DNA of 63,350 bases, counting the filler, from Reclinomonas americana ATCC 50394 (Eukaryota), in assembly GCA_048213135.1 (NCBI GenBank). It is 23 parts of 23 records of this genome, joined end to end, with 100 filler letters (N's around TTAATTAATTAA, not from the genome) between each part and the next. Parts side by side here need not be neighbours in the genome. Positions count along the whole stretch, not along the records: positions 36,197 to 37,884 come from AFZH01022872.1; positions 37,985 to 40,263 come from AFZH01022873.1; positions 40,364 to 41,607 come from AFZH01022875.1; positions 41,708 to 44,731 come from AFZH01022876.1; positions 44,832 to 46,891 come from AFZH01022879.1; 18 more parts are not named here. One strand, 5' to 3'. Positions 36,197 through 46,678 of this stretch are shown here, one piece after another. The translations under genes were made by a program, and so were the position numbers. Numbering within the stretch: position 1 is the first letter of the stretch; each line of letters opens with the position of its first letter. A model generated the notes under the pieces. That model was not told the DNA's origin. It did not search any database and worked only from the letters and a program-made list of their open reading frames with translations.

Positions 36197-37102
36197 AATC
36201 GCAGCCGCCTGTGGTGGCGCCGGGCGAGCCCGAACCTGCGCGGCACCGTCTACATGATCACCGCGCTGCTGGTGTATGCGGTGATGGTCGGCGCCTTCAA
36301 GCATCTGGGCACCGCGATCCCGCTGGTCGAGACGCTGATGATCCGCCAGATCATCATGAGCACGGTGGTCTGCATCATCGCTGGCCGCAGCCTGCCATTG
36401 GCCTTCAAGACCGACCGGCCGGGACTGCAGATCTTCCGCGGCCTGATCACGCTGGCCTCGATGCTGTGCGGCTTCAGCGCCCTGCTCTACATCCCGCTCG
36501 CCCAGGCGACGGCGATCAGCTTCAGCCAGGTGTTGTTCGTCACCGTCGCCGCGGTGCTGATCCTGAAGGAGCGCGTCGATGCGGCGCGCTGGATTGCGAC
36601 GATCCTCGGCTTCGTCGGCGTGCTGATCATGCTCAATCCCTCGACCGAGGGCTTGAACGTCTGGGCGCTGATGTCGGTCGGCGGGGCGCTGTTCGGTGCC
36701 GGCATCACCGTCAGCGTGCGCATCCTCGGCACCAGCGAACGCACCGAGACGATCCTGATCTATCAGGGCCTGGTGCTGATGATCGTGCTCGCCTGGCCGG
36801 CCTTCGCCTTCTGGGTCTGGCCTACGCCGGAGCAATGGTTCTGGCTGGTGCTGCTCAGCCTGTTCGGCACCGCCGGGCAATGGCTGATCACCAAGGCCTA
36901 CCAGGTCGGCGAGGCCGCCGCCCTGGCCCCCCTCGATTTCAGCCGCCTGATCCTGGCCGGCTTCACCGGCTTCGTCTTCTTCTCGGAGGTGCCGACGGCG
37001 ACGACGCTGATCGGCGCCGCCATCGTCATCGGCGCGACGCTCTATACCATGCGCCGCAATGCCCGCGGCCGGCCCGGCTCCGACCTCTCCTCCCCGCCCT
37101 GA
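36197..37102 (+). CDS. DMT/EamA family transporter (5' truncated)
   Basis: About 10 TM segments; IPLAQATAISF, ILKERV, LAPLDF. Confidence 0.85.
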   Translation, partial: NRSRLWWRRASPNLRGTVYMITALLVYAVMVGAFKHLGTAIPLVETLMIRQIIMSTVVCIIAGRSLPLAFKTDRPGLQIFRGLITLASMLCGFSALLYIPLAQATAISFSQVLFVTVAAVLILKERVDAARWIATILGFVGVLIMLNPSTEGLNVWALMSVGGALFGAGITVSVRILGTSERTETILIYQGLVLMIVLAWPAFAFWVWPTPEQWFWLVLLSLFGTAGQWLITKAYQVGEAAALAPLDFSRLILAGFTGFVFFSEVPTATTLIGAAIVIGATLYTMRRNARGRPGSDLSSPP

Positions 37103-37119
37103 CGACCAACGGACAGACC

Positions 37120-37884
37120 ATGGCGCATCACCAGCTCGACGCTTCCCTCGCCACTTGCCACTGGGGCTATTTCGACGCCGCGCTGAGGCCGGTGCTGGAG
37201 ATCGAGAGCGGCGACAGCGTCACCATCCGCACCGTCACCGGTGGCGCCGCCCATCAGCCCGAGGGCAATGCGACGATCCCGCCCGAGATCCACGAGATCC
37301 ATGAGAAAGCCGAGCGCATGGTGCCCGGCCATATCCTCACCGGCCCGATCGCGGTGAAGGGCGCCAGGCCCGGCCAGGTGCTGGAGGTGCAGATCAGGAG
37401 CGTGAAGCCGCGCACCGATTTCGGCTACACCATGTTCCGCCCGCTCGGCGGCACGCTGCCGGACGAGTTCGATTATCAGGCCTTCCGCTTCATCGATCTC
37501 GACCGCGAGCGCAACGTCGCCAACCTGCCCTGGGGCATGGAGCTGCCGCTCGCGCCGTTCTTCGGGGTGATGGGCACGGCGCCGCCGGCGCATTGGGGCC
37601 GGGTGACCTCGCTGATCCCGCGCGCCTTCGGCGGCAATATCGACAACAAGGAGCTCGGCGCCGGCGCGACGCTCTATCTGCCGGTCTTCGTCGAGGGCGC
37701 GCTGTTCTCTTGCGGCGACGGCCATGGCGCACAAGGCGATGGCGAGGTCTGCATCACCGCGATCGAGACGGCGCTGGAGGGCACTTTCGAATTCCATCTG
37801 CGCGAGGATTTGTCCTTCGCCATGCCGCGAGCGGAAACGAAGAGCCACCACATCACTATGGGCATTGATCCCGATCTCGACATC
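37120..37884 (+). CDS. Acetamidase/formamidase family protein (3' truncated)
   Basis: HILTGPIAVKGARPG, FGGNIDNKEL, GDGHGAQGDGEVC. Confidence 0.9.
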
Positions 37885-37984
37885 NNNNNNNNNNNNNNNN
37901 NNNNNNNNNNNNNNNNNNNNNNNNNNNNTTAATTAATTAANNNNNNNNNNNNNNNNNNNNNNNNNNNNNNNNNNNNNNNNNNNN

Positions 37985-38398
37985 GAGCTCGCGCCTGCCG
38001 GCGCCGAGCTCTGGCTCGACGGCGGCCACAATCCCGATGGCGGACGCGTTCTCGCCCAGGCCATGGCCGATCTCGAAGAGAAGAACCCGGCGCCGCTCGT
38101 GATGATCGCGGGTTTGCTCGCGACCAAGGATGCGCGCGCCACGCTCGGCCATTTCAAGGGGCTGGCGCAGGTCCTATTCGCCGTCTCCATCCAGAACCAG
38201 CTCGCGGCCCGTACGGCGGAGGAGGTCGCGACCCTGGCGCGCGAGGCGGGCCTGAAGGCCGAGGTCGCCGGCTCGGTGGAGCAGGCATTGCGGGAGATCG
38301 CGTCGCGGAATTGGCCAGCCCCGCCGCGCATCCTGATCTGCGGCTCGCTCTATCTCGCGGGCGAGGTGCTGGCGGCCAACGGCACGCCGCCGGTGTAG
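37985..38398 (+). CDS. folC: Folylpolyglutamate synthase, C-terminal part
   Basis: LWLDGGHNPDG and ILICGSLYLAGEVL. Confidence 0.88.
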   Translation, partial: ELAPAGAELWLDGGHNPDGGRVLAQAMADLEEKNPAPLVMIAGLLATKDARATLGHFKGLAQVLFAVSIQNQLAARTAEEVATLAREAGLKAEVAGSVEQALREIASRNWPAPPRILICGSLYLAGEVLAANGTPPV

Positions 38399-38818
38399 TC
38401 AGTCCGCTGCAAGCCAGGGATTGAGCGTACCGACGCCGCAGGAGGCGAAATCCTTCGTATTGCGCGTCACCACTGTCAGCGAATGCACGAGCGCGGTCGC
38501 TGCGATCATAGCATCGCGCTCCGGTCGCGGATCAGGGACATGCAGAGCGGCGCAGCGGAGTGCCGCTGCCGTGTCGAACGCCAGGATGCGCCCTTCGAAC
38601 TGCGGCAGGATGCGTTTGTGCAGCCAATTTGCGAAGAGGCGAGCCTGTTGCGGATCGCGGCGCTCCACCCGCAGGACGCCCTGCTCGATCTCGAGGACGG
38701 TCATTGCCGAAATGTAGAGAAGGTCGGCAGGAACGGCTTGCGACCATGCCCAGACAGCTGCATCGGCCCGATGCATGCGCCGTGTCTCCGAGAGCACATT
38801 GGTGTCGAGCAGATACAT
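38399..38818 (-). CDS. vapC: VapC PIN-domain toxin
   Basis: YLLDTNVLSE, DAMIAATA, VVTRNTKDF. Confidence 0.92.
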   Translation of the reverse strand: MYLLDTNVLSETRRMHRADAAVWAWSQAVPADLLYISAMTVLEIEQGVLRVERRDPQQARLFANWLHKRILPQFEGRILAFDTAAALRCAALHVPDPRPERDAMIAATALVHSLTVVTRNTKDFASCGVGTLNPWLAAD

Positions 38819-39075
38819 CAGTCGAAATCGGCCGGCTTGAAGCCCATCCTGTCGCTCATCCGTGGCGGCTCGAACTCGAAATCGGCGCTGTCGGGATCCC
38901 CGACCGCCTCAGCCAGGCTCAAGCCCTTGCCGGTAAGCTTCCGGTACTCCGTAATGGTCAGCAGCACATGCGAAGGCTGACCGCGATCGGTGATGAAGAC
39001 TGGCCCCTGCTGGGCCGCCTTCTTGGCGCGGCCGACATCCTGGTTGAACTCGCGGCTAGACAAGGTCGTTGGCAT
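38818..39075 (-). CDS. Phd/YefM family antitoxin
   Basis: TTLSSREFNQD..GPVFITDRG. Its stop overlaps the vapC start. Confidence 0.88.
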   Translation of the reverse strand: MPTTLSSREFNQDVGRAKKAAQQGPVFITDRGQPSHVLLTITEYRKLTGKGLSLAEAVGDPDSADFEFEPPRMSDRMGFKPADFD

Positions 39076-39099
39076 TGGCACACTCCTGTCACACCACAC

Positions 39100-39121
39100 A
39101 ATGTAGATATGTTGCTACATT
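39100..39121. promoter_or_regulatory. TA autorepression operator palindrome
   Basis: AATGTAG-N8-CTACATT, 25 nt upstream of the antitoxin ATG. Confidence 0.6.
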
Positions 39122-39155
39122 CTATAAGCAGCGCACGAGCGCAGCAAGGAGCCCC

Positions 39156-39569
39156 ATGCCGATCTCCGAATTGACGACGCTCGGTCTCATCCTTCTCTGC
39201 GGGGCGCTCGGCGGCTGCGTGACGGCGGGCGACAAGGGAGCTGACGGCGTCGATCGAGCCGCCGCCGGCGAGCCGACCTTCATGCAGCAAACCTATATGA
39301 CGATGGACAAACGCTGCCGCGAGGTGAAGCGGCCGACGGCGGTGCTGACGCAGAAGCCGAAGCATGGCAGCGTCCGGATGCTGACGCGCAAGGCGGCGGC
39401 CGTCTATGGCCCAGGCCCCTACGAGCATTGCGACGGCAAGGTCGGCAAGGCGCTCGCCTTCGAATACACCTCCGCGCCCGATTACCGCGGCCGCGACAGC
39501 TTCGAGGTACGCGTGCGCTATTCCGATGGCGAGATCCGCCATGGCCGCTATGAGGTGGATGTCCGCTGA
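39156..39569 (+). CDS. Hypothetical lipoprotein
   Basis: Lipobox-like LGGC, then PKHG..Y..APDYRGRDSF. RBS AAGGAG. Confidence 0.7.
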   Translation: MPISELTTLGLILLCGALGGCVTAGDKGADGVDRAAAGEPTFMQQTYMTMDKRCREVKRPTAVLTQKPKHGSVRMLTRKAAAVYGPGPYEHCDGKVGKALAFEYTSAPDYRGRDSFEVRVRYSDGEIRHGRYEVDVR

Positions 39570-39574
39570 GGCGA

Positions 39575-40263
39575 TCAGCGGCGACCGGTGAAGCCCATCG
39601 TCGCCAGGAAGCCGTCGACCTTGCCCTGCCACTGGTCGATCGCGCGGATATAGCGATGCCCGTCCTCGCCGAAGGGCGGCGCCGCGACGAACTCCGCCCT
39701 GCCGCCTGCATCCTGGAAGGCGCGGTGCAATCGGCCGGCGATCTCCGGGCCGAAGAAGCGGTCATTGCTGCTGTAGAGCCAGAGCTGCGGCACGCGCGAG
39801 CCGCCGCCATAGCGTGCCGCAGCCGAGACCAGCGCATCCGGCGAACAGACCTCGCCGGCCTTCTGCGAGCCGCGGCCGCCCGCGAAATTGACGACGCCGA
39901 GCAGTCCGGGAACGGATTGCGATGCCGCGGCGAGCGAGCCCCAGCCGCCGGCCGACACGCCCATCAGCACCACGCGTCGCCCATCGGCATCCGGCCGGGA
40001 CAGCACTGCATCGAGCGCCGCACGAATGTCGCGGGCGCTGGCCAAGCCGGCGCGATGGAACTCCGCCCGGTCGCAGGCGCCGTAGCCCTCGGCCCAGGCT
40101 CCGCCTTCCGCGCCATAGCCGCGCCGGATCGGCACCGCGACCATGACACCGCGCGCGGTGAAATGGCGCGCGACGGCGGCGAGCGTGCCCTTGCCGAACT
40201 CTGCCCGCCCCGCCGCGTCGCGCAGGCTGCCATGCGACAGCACCAGAACGGGGAAGGGACCTG
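39575..40263 (-). CDS. Dienelactone hydrolase-like alpha/beta hydrolase (5' truncated)
   Basis: Nucleophile motif GVSAGG, NFAGGRG, ND..F, EDGH. Confidence 0.8.
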
Positions 40264-40363
40264 NNNNNNNNNNNNNNNNNNNNNNNNNNNNNNNNNNNNN
40301 NNNNNNNTTAATTAATTAANNNNNNNNNNNNNNNNNNNNNNNNNNNNNNNNNNNNNNNNNNNN

Positions 40364-40498
40364 ATCGACCTGCGGCGCCATGTCGGCGATCGCGTCGCGG
40401 TGGGCGATCCGCTCTTCGCCATCCACGCCAGCGCCTCGAGCGATCTCGACGAGGCGAAGGCGATGGCGGATAGCTGCGACTGCTACGTAATCAGTTAG
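40364..40498 (+). CDS. Thymidine/AMP phosphorylase family, C-terminal fragment
   Basis: IDLRRHVGDRVAVGDPLFAIHA. Confidence 0.6.
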   Translation: MDLRRHVGDRVAVGDPLFAIHASASSDLDEAKAMADSCDCYVIS

Positions 40499-40508
40499 CG
40501 GCAGCGCC

Positions 40509-40964
40509 TCAGCGCAACTGCTTCAGCAGCGCGACCAGCGTCGCGCGCTGGTTGGTCGCGAGCGGCGCCAGCGTCACCTTGGTGACCGTCTCAGCCTTGG
40601 GCAGGAGCTCGCGGGTATAGTCGATGCCGGCCGGGCTGAGCTCGACGATGAGCCGGCGGCCATCCTCCGGATCGGGCTTGGTCTGGACCAGCTTGCGCTT
40701 GAGCAGGCGGTCGACCACGCCCTTGATCGTGGCGGCGTCCATGGCGGTCTGGCGGCCCAGCAGGTTCTGCGAGGAGCCGCCGTCCTGGTAGAGCCGCGCC
40801 AGCACCGCCCATTGCGTCGGGGTCAGGTCGCTGCCCATGATCTCATTGAAGATCGAGACATGGCGCTGCGCCGCCTGGCGCATGATGAAGCCGACCTGCT
40901 CGGCGAGATCGTAGTTCTCGTCGGCGGGTTCGGGCGTCTCGGCCGCAGTGCTCGGTCGCGCCAT
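40509..40964 (-). CDS. MarR family regulator (NicR-like)
   Basis: QVGFIMRQAAQRH..LTPTQW..SQNLLGRQTAMDAATIKGVVDRL. Confidence 0.88.
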   Translation of the reverse strand: MARPSTAAETPEPADENYDLAEQVGFIMRQAAQRHVSIFNEIMGSDLTPTQWAVLARLYQDGGSSQNLLGRQTAMDAATIKGVVDRLLKRKLVQTKPDPEDGRRLIVELSPAGIDYTRELLPKAETVTKVTLAPLATNQRATLVALLKQLR

Positions 40965-40973
40965 CGCTGATCC

Positions 40974-40991
40974 TCGTTCGTATACGAACGA
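40974..40991. promoter_or_regulatory. Perfect 18-bp palindrome, probable MarR autoregulatory operator
   Basis: TCGTTCGTATACGAACGA, 10 nt upstream of the MarR start. Confidence 0.7.
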
Positions 40992-41076
40992 TATTCCTAG
41001 CGCGCTTTCCTGGCGATCGGAACCGGCTAGATCGCCGAGAATCACGCTCCGTCCACCACGTTAGCGAAGCAGGTCC

Positions 41077-41607
41077 TCAGATCGTCGTCCAGCGTCCCTC
41101 GCGGAAACTCCGGGCCGCGGCATCGACCGTGCGCTCGATGCGTAGGCCCGCTTCGAAATCGAGGAGATGCGCCGGCTCGCTGGCGATCGCCCGCAGCAAT
41201 TCGCGGCATTCGATGATCTTGAGCTCGTTGAAGCCGAGGCCGTGGCCGGGCGCCGGGATGAAGCGGCCATAAGGCTCGTGTGCCGGAGCGGTCAGGATGC
41301 GGCGGAAGCCCTGGACGTCAGCAGCACCCTCGGCCGTGTAGAGCTCGATCTCGTTCATCCGCTCCTGATCATAGGCGATCGTGCCCTTCGCGCCGAAGAC
41401 CTGCAGGGCGATCCGGCCCTTGCGGCCCCAGGCCGAGCGGTTGAGCGCGACGAGCCCGGAGGCGCCGGACGACAGGCGCAGCAGCAAGGTCGCGATATCG
41501 TGGGTCTCGACCGCGCGGCTGCCACCGGCAGTGAGCGGGCGCTCGGCATAGGGCCTGGCCATATCGGCCATGACCGCTTCGACCTCGCCGACCAGGACCT
41601 TGATCAG
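41077..41607 (-). CDS. Gfo/Idh/MocA oxidoreductase (5' truncated)
   Basis: GRKGRIALQVFGAKG..DQERMNE..PGHGLGFNELK. Confidence 0.82.
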   Translation of the reverse strand: MIKVLVGEVEAVMADMARPYAERPLTAGGSRAVETHDIATLLLRLSSGASGLVALNRSAWGRKGRIALQVFGAKGTIAYDQERMNEIELYTAEGAADVQGFRRILTAPAHEPYGRFIPAPGHGLGFNELKIIECRELLRAIASEPAHLLDFEAGLRIERTVDAAARSFREGRWTTI

Positions 41608-41707
41608 NNNNNNNNNNNNNNNNNNNNNNNNNNNNNNNNNNNNNNNNNNNNTTAATTAATTAANNNNNNNNNNNNNNNNNNNNNNNNNNNNNNNNNNNNN
41701 NNNNNNN

Positions 41708-42387
41708 TCGACCGGCTCGGAGGCGATCACGACCGCATCGCCGCGATCGCAGACATAGAGCGTCGGCGGCCGCGGGTCGGAGGACCAGCGCACCGCATGG
41801 ACCGTCTCGCCATCGGCGAGCGCGGCAGCACAGCGCAAGGGCTCCCTGACGCCGGCCTCCTGCATCAGCGCGAGGGCGTCGCCGAGGGCTCCCGCCAGCG
41901 CATCGCCAGGCGTAGCGCCCTCGGCGATGCGAGCCAGCGCCAGCAGGAACAGCGCTTCCGAATCGGTGGTGCCGACGCGGGCGTCATAGAGCGCGTCCGG
42001 GATCAGGCTTTCGAGCCGGCGCTTGATCACGGCGTAGCCGCCGATCTGGCCGTTATGCATGAACAGGTGCCGGCCATGGACGAAAGGGTGGCAGTTCGCC
42101 CGCGTCGAGGCGGTGCCGGTGGCGGCGCGCACATGCGCGAAGAAGAGGTGCGAGCGCACCAGGCGCGCGATCGAGAGCAGGTTCTCGTCCGACCAGGCCG
42201 GTCTGATCTCGCGATATTGGCCGGGCTCGGCCCGCTCGCCATACCAGCCCACGCCGAAGCCGTCGCCATTGGTGCCGGTCTTGGCCTCTTCGGCATGCAG
42301 CGACTGGTGGATCAGCGAATGGCAGGGCGAGGCGATGAGGTCCTCGAGGAAGACCGGGACGCCGGTATAGGCGAGGAAACGGCACAT
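41708..42387 (-). CDS. Class II glutamine amidotransferase (3' truncated)
   Basis: N-terminal MCR, NGDGFGVGWY, HVRAAT, NCHPF, MHNG. Confidence 0.9.
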
Positions 42388-42561
42388 GGTGGTCCCGAAT
42401 CAGCTGCGGGCGGGACGCCGCAGGAGAAGATTATTCCATGAGAATGAATGCCGGCATAATGGTGGCGGTCGCCCGGTTGTCGCTCCCATAGCCTTGCTAT
42501 AACCGTCGCAGCGATGGGGTGACGATGTCCCGCGGCAAGCGGGCGGGAAGGGCCGTTTCTG

Positions 42562-43974
42562 ATGCTGACGAAGCTTGCCGGCGCGGCGCTCCTGTTTGCC
42601 CTGCTCCCTGAGGCCGCCTTCGCCGCCGGCGACATTGGCGGCGCGACGATGGGTGCCGCCTGGGCCATGCCCTTCGCCGGCATGCTGCTCTCGATCGCGC
42701 TCGGGCCGATCCTGTTCCCGCATTTCTGGGAGCTGAACTACGGCAAGTTCGCCGCCTTCTGGGCCGTGCTGGTGATGGTGCCGCTCGTCCTGTTCCGCGG
42801 CTTCGACCCGGCGCTCGGCGCGCTGCTGCACACCGCGCTGCTGGAATACATTCCCTTCATCATCCTGCTGTTCGCGCTGTTCACCATCGCCGGCGGCATC
42901 CTGATCACCGGCAATCTGCACGGCACCCCGGCGACGAACACGGTGCTGCTCGCGATCGGCACGCTGATGGCGAGCTTCGTCGGCACCACCGGCGCCTCGA
43001 TCATCATGATCCGCCCGGTCCTGCGGGCGAATGACGACCGGCGCTTCAACGTCCATGTCGTCGTCTTCTTCATCTTCCTGGTCTCGAACATCGGCGGATC
43101 GCTGACGCCGCTCGGCGACCCGCCGCTCTTCCTCGGTTTCCTGCGCGGCGTCTCCTTCTTCTGGACGACGACGCATCTGCTGCCGGAGACGCTGTTCGCG
43201 GTCGCCGTCCTGCTCGCTCTGTTCTACGCGCTCGACAGCTATTTCTTCCGCAAGGAGGAGAACTATCCGCCGCTGCGTGATCCGACGCCCGACCGCGCCA
43301 TCAAGCTGTTCGGCAAGGTCAATATCCTGCTGCTCGGCGGCGTCATCCTCGCCATCCTGATGTCGGCGAACTGGAAGCCGGGCGTCGTCTTCGACATCCA
43401 TGGCGTCCATGTCGAACTGCAGAACGTCGTGCGCGACCTTGTGCTGCTCGGGCTGGCAGGACTGTCGCTCATGCTGACGCCGAAGCCGGTGCGCGCCGGC
43501 AACGAGTTCAGCTGGGGGCCGATCAAGGAGGTCGCCAAGCTCTTCGCCGGCATCTTCGCCTGCATCATCCCGGTGCTGGCGATGCTCCAGGCCGGCCGGA
43601 ACGGTGCCTTCGCCCCGCTGGTCGCCCTCGTCAGCAATTCTGACGGCAGCAACAACAACGTCGCCTATTTCTGGCTGACCGGCGGCCTGTCGTCCTTCCT
43701 CGACAATGCGCCGACCTACCTCGTCTTCTTCGAGCTCGCCGGTGGCAATGCGCAGGCTTTGATGACCACCGGTGCCCTGACGCTGACCGCGATCTCGGCC
43801 GGCGCCGTCTTCATGGGCGCCAACTCCTACATCGGCAACGCCCCCAACTTCATGGTCTATGCCATCGCCAAGGACCGGAAGGTCGCGATGCCGAGCTTCT
43901 TCGGCTACATGCTCTGGTCGGGCGCTATCCTGATCCCGCTCTTCCTATTGCAGACGCTGATCTTCTTCCGCTGA
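42562..43974 (+). CDS. Putative sodium:proton antiporter (IT superfamily)
   Basis: SNIGGSLTPLGDPPLFLGF; SSFLDNAPTY; YIGNAPNFMV. Confidence 0.85.
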   Translation: MLTKLAGAALLFALLPEAAFAAGDIGGATMGAAWAMPFAGMLLSIALGPILFPHFWELNYGKFAAFWAVLVMVPLVLFRGFDPALGALLHTALLEYIPFIILLFALFTIAGGILITGNLHGTPATNTVLLAIGTLMASFVGTTGASIIMIRPVLRANDDRRFNVHVVVFFIFLVSNIGGSLTPLGDPPLFLGFLRGVSFFWTTTHLLPETLFAVAVLLALFYALDSYFFRKEENYPPLRDPTPDRAIKLFGKVNILLLGGVILAILMSANWKPGVVFDIHGVHVELQNVVRDLVLLGLAGLSLMLTPKPVRAGNEFSWGPIKEVAKLFAGIFACIIPVLAMLQAGRNGAFAPLVALVSNSDGSNNNVAYFWLTGGLSSFLDNAPTYLVFFELAGGNAQALMTTGALTLTAISAGAVFMGANSYIGNAPNFMVYAIAKDRKVAMPSFFGYMLWSGAILIPLFLLQTLIFFR

Positions 43975-43979
43975 GGCGT

Positions 43980-44124
43980 GTCGTTCCGGGACGCCGCGCA
44001 GCGGCGGGCCCGGAACCCAGAACCGATGCCCTTAGTCACGAGGGCTGGGAAAGCGAAGCACTCCGTCCGGGACCGGTATCGGCTCTGGGTTCCGGGCTCG
44101 GCCTTCGGCCGCCCCGGAATGACG
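43980..44124. repeat. CGTC-type palindromic REP/MITE-like element
   Basis: Termini GTCGTTCCGGG...CCCGGAATGAC with nested inverted arms (CCCGGAACCCAGA / TCTGGGTTCCGGG). Confidence 0.75.
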
Positions 44125-44181
44125 GCGCGGTTCCTTCACGGGCCGAGTTAGTCTAGACCGCGGCTTCCGAAGGAAACCCCG

Positions 44182-44731
44182 ATGCCCCTGCGCACCGACA
44201 CGCTGGCGATGACCGCCGTCCTCGCCATGCTGACGGCGCTCGGTCCGCTCTCGACCGATTTCTATTTGCCCTCCCTGCCCGAGATCGCCCGCGTGATGGG
44301 TACCGATTTCGCCGGCGCGCAGGCGACGCTCTCGGCCTTCCTGTTCGGCTATGCCGCCGGCCAGATCATCTGGGGTCCGCTCTCGGACCGACTCGGCCGC
44401 CGTCCGGTGCTGATGATCGGCCTTGGCCTGTTCATCGCGACCACGCTCGCCTGCGCCTTCGCGCCCTCGATCGAGGCGTTGATCGGTGCCCGCTTCGCCC
44501 AAGCGGTCGGGGCGTCCGGGCCGATCGTGCTCGGCCGTGCCATGGTGCGCGACCTCTATGAGGGGCCGCGCGCGGGCAGCGAGCTCGCCCGGATGGGCAT
44601 GATCATGGGCCTCGTTCCGGCGATCGCGCCCGTCCTCGGCGGCCTGCTACAGAACGCCTTCGGCTGGCGCTCGACCTTCCTGGCCTCGCTCGTCTTCGCG
44701 CTCACCATGCTCGCCATCATCGTGACGATCA
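44182..44731 (+). CDS. Bcr/CflA MFS efflux transporter (3' truncated)
   Basis: GPLSTDFYLPSLP; GPLSDRLGRRPV. Confidence 0.9.
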
Positions 44732-44831
44732 NNNNNNNNNNNNNNNNNNNNNNNNNNNNNNNNNNNNNNNNNNNNTTAATTAATTAANNNNNNNNNNNNN
44801 NNNNNNNNNNNNNNNNNNNNNNNNNNNNNNN

Positions 44832-45007
44832 CGACGCCGGCCGCTCGGCCGAGCCGAGCGGTCCTATACCTCACGCCGCGGCCGGTGGTACGCAAGGTCG
44901 CCCGCGGCGCCGTCGTCACCTGCGCCGACATCGCGCTCGACGAGACCACCACGCTGGTTCGCCTGCGCCGCGAGCAGGACGCGCTGTTCAACCCCGGCGC
45001 GCTTTGA
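44832..45007 (+). CDS. SAF-domain C-terminus of an oxidoreductase (fragment)
   Basis: RKVARGAVVTCADIALDETTTLVRLRREQD. Confidence 0.55.
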
Positions 45008-45170
45008 CTTTGCGGCAACATTCTGTATGCAGTATACAATAATTGCCTGAACCTAATCGGACAGGCGACGCTGAGGAAACGATCGGGAGGCAGGGATGAC
45101 GGGCGCAAGCACCGAACCGGCCGGGCGCAGCCCGAACCACACCTGCCTTCCGCCGCAGCGGAGCTAGGCC

Positions 45171-46136
45171 ATGGTGGCAAGCCCCGACCAACGCGCCCGC
45201 TTCCTCGCCTCCAGCGCCGATGACGATCTGCCGATCATCGACGCCCACCACCACTTCTTCGATCTCGCGCGCAATTATCACCCCTGGCTGACCGACCACC
45301 CGGTCACCTTCCGCTATGGCGACTACAGCGCGATCAAGCGCGACTTCATGCCGGCCGACTACCAACGCGCGATCGACGGACATCTCGTCGTCGGCAGCGT
45401 GCTGATGGAAGGCGAATGGGATCCGCGCGATCCGATCGGTGAGATGCGCTGGGCGGCCGAGCTTGCGCACGAATATGGCCTGCCGAGCGCCGCGATCGGC
45501 CAGATCTGGCTCGATCGCGAGGATGTCGGCGAGGTCGTCGCAGCCTATCGCGACATGCCGCTGGTCCGCAGCGTCCGACACAAGCCCAAGGCCGTCGCCC
45601 GCGCGGATCACAGCCCGGATTTCGTCGCGCCCGGCTCGATGCGCGACCGCACCTGGCGCGATGGCTATGCGCGGCTGGCCGGAGCCGGGCTCAGTTTTGA
45701 TCTGCAGACGCCGTGGTGGCACCTCGATGAGGCGGCCGAGCTCGCCCGCGATTTCCGTGAGACCACCATCATCCTGAATCATGCTGGCCTGCCGGCCGAT
45801 CGCAGCGCCGAGGGGCTCAAAGCCTGGCATGCGGCGCTGGACCGGCTGGCGCGAGAGCCGAACGTCGTCGCCAAGATATCCGGCATCGGCGTGCCCGGGC
45901 AGGCCTGGACGCTTAAGCTGCAGGCGCCGGTGATCGACGGTGTGATCGCGGCCTTCGGCATCGAGCGCTGCGCCTTCGCCAGCAATTTCCCGGTCGACAG
46001 CCTCTGCGCCTCGTTCGGCACGATCTTCGACGTGTTCAAGGCGGCGGTCCGTAAGCGGCCCGCGGCCGAGCGTCTCGCGCTTTTCCACGACAACGCCGCG
46101 CGCTGGTACGGGCTCGCCGCCAACGGAGCCGCCTGA
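45171..46136 (+). CDS. Amidohydrolase_2 family protein (lactonase-like)
   Basis: IIDAHHH, ILNHAGLP, VAKISG, FASNFPVD. Confidence 0.87.
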   Translation: MVASPDQRARFLASSADDDLPIIDAHHHFFDLARNYHPWLTDHPVTFRYGDYSAIKRDFMPADYQRAIDGHLVVGSVLMEGEWDPRDPIGEMRWAAELAHEYGLPSAAIGQIWLDREDVGEVVAAYRDMPLVRSVRHKPKAVARADHSPDFVAPGSMRDRTWRDGYARLAGAGLSFDLQTPWWHLDEAAELARDFRETTIILNHAGLPADRSAEGLKAWHAALDRLAREPNVVAKISGIGVPGQAWTLKLQAPVIDGVIAAFGIERCAFASNFPVDSLCASFGTIFDVFKAAVRKRPAAERLALFHDNAARWYGLAANGAA

Positions 46137-46678
46137 TGAAACTACGCGCTCTGCTCCTGCGCCTGACCGAGGATGTGCTGATCGCCGGCTTCGTCGTGAT
46201 GATCGCCATGGTCTTCGGCAATGTCGTGCTGCGCTATGCCTTCAGCTCCGGCATCATCTCCTCGGAGGAATTGTCGCGGCTGATCTTCGTCTGGCTGACT
46301 TTCGGCGGCGCCTTCCTGGTGGCGAAGGATGGCCAGCATCTCGGCATGACCACCTTCGTCACCATGCTCGGCCGCAATGGCCGCTGGTGGTGCCGGCTCG
46401 CGGTCGAGGCGTTGTCCTTGCTCTGCATGGGCATGCTGGTCGTCGGCTGCTGGCAGCAGGGCGTGATCAATATCGAGAACCACCAGCCGGTCACCGGCGT
46501 GCCCGTCGCGGTGACCTATCTCGCCGGCTTTGTCGGCGGCCTCGGCATCGGCGCGCTCAATCTGATCGCACTCGCACGGCTGCTGACCGGCCGCATGCCC
46601 GATGACGAGCTCGTCGTCGGGGCGGAATCGGAAGAGCTCACCGCCTTCGAGAACCAGCAGGCGGCGGAGAAGCGCTGA
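46136..46678 (+). CDS. dctQ: TRAP transporter small permease
   Basis: NVVLRY..SEELSRLIFVWLTF.GA. Confidence 0.9.
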   Translation: MKLRALLLRLTEDVLIAGFVVMIAMVFGNVVLRYAFSSGIISSEELSRLIFVWLTFGGAFLVAKDGQHLGMTTFVTMLGRNGRWWCRLAVEALSLLCMGMLVVGCWQQGVINIENHQPVTGVPVAVTYLAGFVGGLGIGALNLIALARLLTGRMPDDELVVGAESEELTAFENQQAAEKR

